DNA of 64,000 nt from the IMG/VR virus record IMGVR_UViG_3300037484_000104, positions 28,399 to 92,398 of that record, one strand, 5' to 3'. The notes beneath the pieces were generated by a model, which saw nothing but the letters and a program-made list of their open reading frames with translations, ran no database searches and had not been told where the DNA came from. This document shows, in pieces, positions 59,759 through 64,000 of the stretch. A program made the position numbers and the translations under genes. The stretch comes from a virus. How positions within the stretch are numbered: position 1 is the stretch's first letter; each line of letters opens with the position of its first letter.

Positions 59759-60453
59759 TGGAATTTCAATCGTTACCATTAATTATAAGAGATCTAATTC
59801 GAATTATCAGAGGAAGTATCGAAACTCAATCTGAAACTATATCTGATAGACAAGTAGAGTACTGGATACATCAATACAGAGCACTACTACTTAAACAAGA
59901 TATAGATAAGAATAAGACTTCTAATCCAGACTATATTCAAGAGATCAAGGGATTACATTTATCTCCAGTAGATGTTACTGAAATAACTACTATACCTATA
60001 AATAAGTATATACTTAAAACTGATCTACAATTACCTAAAACTATAGACTGTAATTTCAAATCTGGATTTACATACATAGGTACAGCTAATGGTAGGGAGT
60101 TACAATTTATTTCACAAGGTAGATCTCAATGGCAGAAATATAAATACTATACTCAAAATGATCCATTAGTATACTTAAAGAATAGATACTTATATGTAGA
60201 GAATGGAGACATATTAGAATACTTAGATGTAAGAGGTATATTTGAAATACCTACAGAAGTATCTCAATTTGTAAATCCTACTACAGGAACACCTAGTTAT
60301 GATGTAAATACAGATAAATATCCTATTCCAACTAATATGTTACCAGTATTAAAACAAATGATACTTAAACAGGAATTAAACATAATGATAAATAGTGTAT
60401 CTGATACAACAAATGATAGTGCTAATAATACATTAAAGGATGGAAGAAGTTAA
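59758..60453 (+). CDS. tail ring/tubular protein
   Basis: ISDRQVEYWI.QYRALLLKQD, VRGIFE.P, YPIP. Confidence 0.65.
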   Translation: MEFQSLPLIIRDLIRIIRGSIETQSETISDRQVEYWIHQYRALLLKQDIDKNKTSNPDYIQEIKGLHLSPVDVTEITTIPINKYILKTDLQLPKTIDCNFKSGFTYIGTANGRELQFISQGRSQWQKYKYYTQNDPLVYLKNRYLYVENGDILEYLDVRGIFEIPTEVSQFVNPTTGTPSYDVNTDKYPIPTNMLPVLKQMILKQELNIMINSVSDTTNDSANNTLKDGRS

Positions 60454-60913
60454 AATAAAAAGACATAATAAGATTCCTAATCCTTATAATAAGAAACATC
60501 TATACGATCATTACTTATCTATAATAGATACAACATCTATGTACTATGTAGACTCAGAAACATATTATAAGATAATAAATCAATATTATCAAGCAATAAT
60601 GGATCAGATGATAAATGAGTCTAAGACCATAAAACTCCCTTTTAGATTAGGTCATATATATATAGAAAAGAAGAAACCTAAATTTATAACACATAGAAAT
60701 GTTGGAATAGATTGGGTTGAATCAAAGAAGTTAGGAAGATGGGTGTTATTCTCAAATGATCATAGTAGAGGATTTAAGTTTCAGTTTCATTGGAGTAAGA
60801 TGTTTTGTAGAGTAGTAAATAGAGAATACTATAGATTTGTTGCTAGTAGAAATAACAAAAGAACTTTAGCAAAAGTAATTAAAGGTGGTAATGTAGATTA
60901 TTTAGAAAGATAA
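60440..60913 (+). CDS. IHF-like tail-associated protein
   Basis: KLPFRLG.I.I.K, IDW..SK, NDHS.G, KR.LAK.IK. Confidence 0.65.
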   Translation: MEEVKIKRHNKIPNPYNKKHLYDHYLSIIDTTSMYYVDSETYYKIINQYYQAIMDQMINESKTIKLPFRLGHIYIEKKKPKFITHRNVGIDWVESKKLGRWVLFSNDHSRGFKFQFHWSKMFCRVVNREYYRFVASRNNKRTLAKVIKGGNVDYLER

Positions 60914-60918
60914 GAATT

Positions 60919-61710
60919 ATGATATATAACCTAGTTTCAGTAAAAAAAGTAATCGCAAAGGTTTTTACGGACTTAGATTTACAAGAAGGTACTCATAGAA
61001 TAAGTGATTTCATAGAATGGAGTTCTGAAGCTCTTAAAAAAATAGGAAGCTATCCTCAGTTTGTTACGAAAGTGACAGGTAAGGAGAAGGTTCCTTTATT
61101 AGTTATAGAGGATTATCAAGCTAAACTACCTACAGATTTATATAGTATAAATCAAGTAGCTTATAGTACTGGTATAACAGCTCCTTATTATCCAATGAGA
61201 GATACTGCTGGTAGTTTTTCATCTAATCATGGGGCTACCCTACAATATGGAGGAACCGATACTACTCCTGCTACTACAACTAGTTCTGAAAATATAACTA
61301 CATTTAGTGGAGATCGTCAGTATAGTATAGTTGGTGGATATATAAAAACTAATATCAAAGAAGGTTATTTATTAATATCCTATCAGGCTATCCCAGTTGA
61401 TGATGATAATTATCCAATGGTTCCAGATGATGAAAGTTTCTTTGAAGCAATCTATTGGTATATTAATATGAAGTTAATGTACCCTAAATGGAGAGATGGG
61501 CAAATTAGAGATGCTGTATATTATGATGCTAAATCTAGTTGGAATTACTATCGTAAGCAAGCTTACGGTAATGCTATGATGCCAAATGCAGATCAGTTAG
61601 ATACAATTAAGAATATATGGATTAGACTTATTCCAGAAATAAATGCTAGCAAATCTTTCTATTCTAATATAGGTGATCAAGAGTTTATATACAATAAAAA
61701 CACTCGATAA
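60919..61710 (+). CDS. tail tubular/ring protein
   Basis: VSVKKVIAKV..DL, EW..EAL.KIG, YPMVPD..SF.EAIYWYI. Confidence 0.7.
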   Translation: MIYNLVSVKKVIAKVFTDLDLQEGTHRISDFIEWSSEALKKIGSYPQFVTKVTGKEKVPLLVIEDYQAKLPTDLYSINQVAYSTGITAPYYPMRDTAGSFSSNHGATLQYGGTDTTPATTTSSENITTFSGDRQYSIVGGYIKTNIKEGYLLISYQAIPVDDDNYPMVPDDESFFEAIYWYINMKLMYPKWRDGQIRDAVYYDAKSSWNYYRKQAYGNAMMPNADQLDTIKNIWIRLIPEINASKSFYSNIGDQEFIYNKNTR

Positions 61711-64000
61711 TGGCTAATGTAAATAAACAGTCTGCAATAAATACTTTTACTAAAGGTATGAACAAAGATTTAGATCTATCTGTTCTACCTAAAGAAGCTT
61801 ATTTACATGCTCAAAACTTTCGACTTGTTACAAATGAAGGATCTAGTACCACTGCACTAGAAACTATAGAAGGGAATAGTTTACTATCTAGTGCATTACC
61901 TAGTGGATATACTGCTATAGGATCAACTACACTTAGAGATGAAGTAATTATATTTGCTACTAATAATACATATAGTAGGATATATCTAGCTACACTAAGT
62001 TCAACTAATACATTTATACTTACTTTACTATATGATGATAGTACTACCAGTGATGGAAGTAGACTTAACTTTTCTACTAGTAATTTAATAAGAGCAATTG
62101 GTAGATACGAATCTCCTAATATAAAGAAGGTATATTGGACAGATAATACTAATAGGATTAGATTTGTAAACTATGCTGGAGGTATAGTTACAATAGGTTC
62201 ATACCTAGTCTCACAATTTGACATAATTCCAAACTATACTCGTTCTTCTATAGAAATAGATTCATTATCAAGTGGATCGTTAAAATCTGGGGCAGTTCAA
62301 TATGCTTATCAATTATATAACTTAAATGGAGCATCTTCTTTCTATTCAACTACAACCAATTTAATTCCATTAAGTAATAGTTTGCAGACAGGGTCAGATG
62401 CATCATTTAATGGAAGTGATCAAGGAACTAACAGTGGTAAGTCTGTTTTATTTCATATAAATAATGTAGACACTACGTTTAATAGAATAAGAATAGTTAG
62501 ATTACAACATAATACCTTAGTAGATCTTCCAGAAATAACCATAATAGAAGAAACTGTAGTTACAGGAACTTCTATGTCATTTATTGATAATGGTACTCAA
62601 TCGTTAGGAACAATAACTAGTGAAGAGTTTAATTTCTCTAACTATGACTTTATATGTAAAGAATTAGAAACTAAAAATAATATACTATTTGCAGCTAATA
62701 TCACTGAAAATAATTGGGATATAAATTATGATGCTAGAGCATTTAGATATAATAGTTTTGGGGATGGTTATATAACAGCAGAAGATGGAGTATCAGAACA
62801 AATAGCTTTTACTTATTCAGATTTATCAGGAGCTTCACCACAATATTATTATAATGGAAGTGCTACTCCGACACTAGGAGTTCCACCAGAAACTCATGAT
62901 AATTTTAATACAGTTAATTTATCTGAAAATCCTACTACATTTTTTTCTCACATATATCAAGGAAATGGAATAACATTAGGAGGGCAAGGTAGAAATGTAC
63001 TATATTCATTTAGTACTGAATCTTTTGGAGCTAGTTCAGGATTGGGTGGTGGTAATGTAGTAAATAATACTAATTTTACTGGAATAACTAATTCACTAAC
63101 TATTTCTGAAAAAGTCTCTCATATGAGAGATGAAATTTACTCTTATGGAGTAGTTCTATATAATAATAAAGGACAGAAAAGTTATGTTAAATGGATAGGA
63201 GATATAAGATTTCCATCTACAGCAAATAGTACTATTTATAATACAACTGGTGGAAGAAGTATACATAATTTATATATACAATTTACATTAAATAATTTAC
63301 CAACTGATTGCATAGCAATACAGATAGTTCGTTGTGAAAGAACCAGTCAAGATAGAACTGTTGTAGCCCAAGGATTACTTGGAGCAACTAGGGAAACTAG
63401 TACTTGGTATACAGCATCTGTAGCACCAGTGACTATAAAAGAATATGGTTTAGGGGTACAAGCTAAAGGAACCTGGACTTCAAATTTGAATAAAACTTTA
63501 TTAGAATTTATATCCCCAGAAATTTCTTTTGGAAATAATATGGAGTATTCTGCTGGAGACAAATTAGAGATAAGTAGTTTTACAGGATTTGATAATTTTT
63601 GGTCTAAAGGTCAGAATACAACTGCTGCATTTGTTAATAGTGCTGCAAATGTACATATTTATGATAATTCAGAAGTAAATATAACTGTACTGACTTTATC
63701 CGGCACTGGACAAATTACTGGAACTTCTTCTATTACTATAAATGATTTTAAAATAGCTAATTTTTCTAATAATCCACCAGCAGGTAATACAGATCCTATT
63801 GTTTCTACAATGGAGACAACTGTTAATAGTATATCATATGAAAATTATATTAGAGCCTATGGGGATAATTCAGTTCAAGGTGCGCATGGAACTTGTGGAA
63901 TAATATCTATTCCTTCTGCCATAGTGACAACTACTACAGATACTTTAGGTGTCAGATATTTTATAGCAAATTATAAGAGATATATTAAACCATATGGAGG
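61710..64000 (+). CDS. tail stabilization/muzzle protein, runs off window end
   Basis: ATG at 61710 reads MANVNKQSAINTFTKGMNKDLD...; later GAVQYAYQLYNLNG and RDEIYSYGVV...WIGDIRFP; absent from the ORF track, consistent with no stop in the window. Confidence 0.75.
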   Translation, partial: MANVNKQSAINTFTKGMNKDLDLSVLPKEAYLHAQNFRLVTNEGSSTTALETIEGNSLLSSALPSGYTAIGSTTLRDEVIIFATNNTYSRIYLATLSSTNTFILTLLYDDSTTSDGSRLNFSTSNLIRAIGRYESPNIKKVYWTDNTNRIRFVNYAGGIVTIGSYLVSQFDIIPNYTRSSIEIDSLSSGSLKSGAVQYAYQLYNLNGASSFYSTTTNLIPLSNSLQTGSDASFNGSDQGTNSGKSVLFHINNVDTTFNRIRIVRLQHNTLVDLPEITIIEETVVTGTSMSFIDNGTQSLGTITSEEFNFSNYDFICKELETKNNILFAANITENNWDINYDARAFRYNSFGDGYITAEDGVSEQIAFTYSDLSGASPQYYYNGSATPTLGVPPETHDNFNTVNLSENPTTFFSHIYQGNGITLGGQGRNVLYSFSTESFGASSGLGGGNVVNNTNFTGITNSLTISEKVSHMRDEIYSYGVVLYNNKGQKSYVKWIGDIRFPSTANSTIYNTTGGRSIHNLYIQFTLNNLPTDCIAIQIVRCERTSQDRTVVAQGLLGATRETSTWYTASVAPVTIKEYGLGVQAKGTWTSNLNKTLLEFISPEISFGNNMEYSAGDKLEISSFTGFDNFWSKGQNTTAAFVNSAANVHIYDNSEVNITVLTLSGTGQITGTSSITINDFKIANFSNNPPAGNTDPIVSTMETTVNSISYENYIRAYGDNSVQGAHGTCGIISIPSAIVTTTTDTLGVRYFIANYKRYIKPYG

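Noticed and set aside
39074-64000. Stop-codon reassignment (TAG/TGA), seen in some crAss-like phages
   Set aside because: Terminase, portal, MCP and fibre genes are full length in code 11, and no suppressor tRNA is visible.

Overview
This AT-rich window is part of a crAss-like (Crassvirales-type, probably Bacteroidota-infecting) dsDNA phage genome that uses the standard genetic code. The left half (1-32.7 kb, minus strand) holds replication and nucleotide-metabolism genes: SSB-like protein, AAA ATPase, DnaB helicase, family-B DNA polymerase split by an ORF-less group I intron, ThyX, UNG and a metallophosphoesterase. It continues into an early/host-takeover region with a full-length ribosomal protein bL12, an EF-Ts N-domain-like protein, an SPFH pair, a degenerate acyl-CoA ligase, an amidoligase and two long structured ORF-free tracts. 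Transcription switches strand near 32.7 kb. The right half (plus strand) has a block of small ORFs, then terminase, portal, ferritin, scaffold, major capsid protein (MCP), ring/hub proteins, a glycosyltransferase-methyltransferase pair, tail fibre, lysis genes, a clan GH-A glycoside hydrolase and tail genes. Most notable: (1) several small ORFs just upstream of the packaging genes carry separate fragments of the phage's own MCP (candidate capsid-mimic/decoy system); (2) covarying 52-nt tRNA-like elements with no anticodon arm; (3) ~1.2 kb and ~0.7 kb candidate large ncRNAs; (4) translation-factor mimics. All calls come from reading motifs by eye; no database searches were run.
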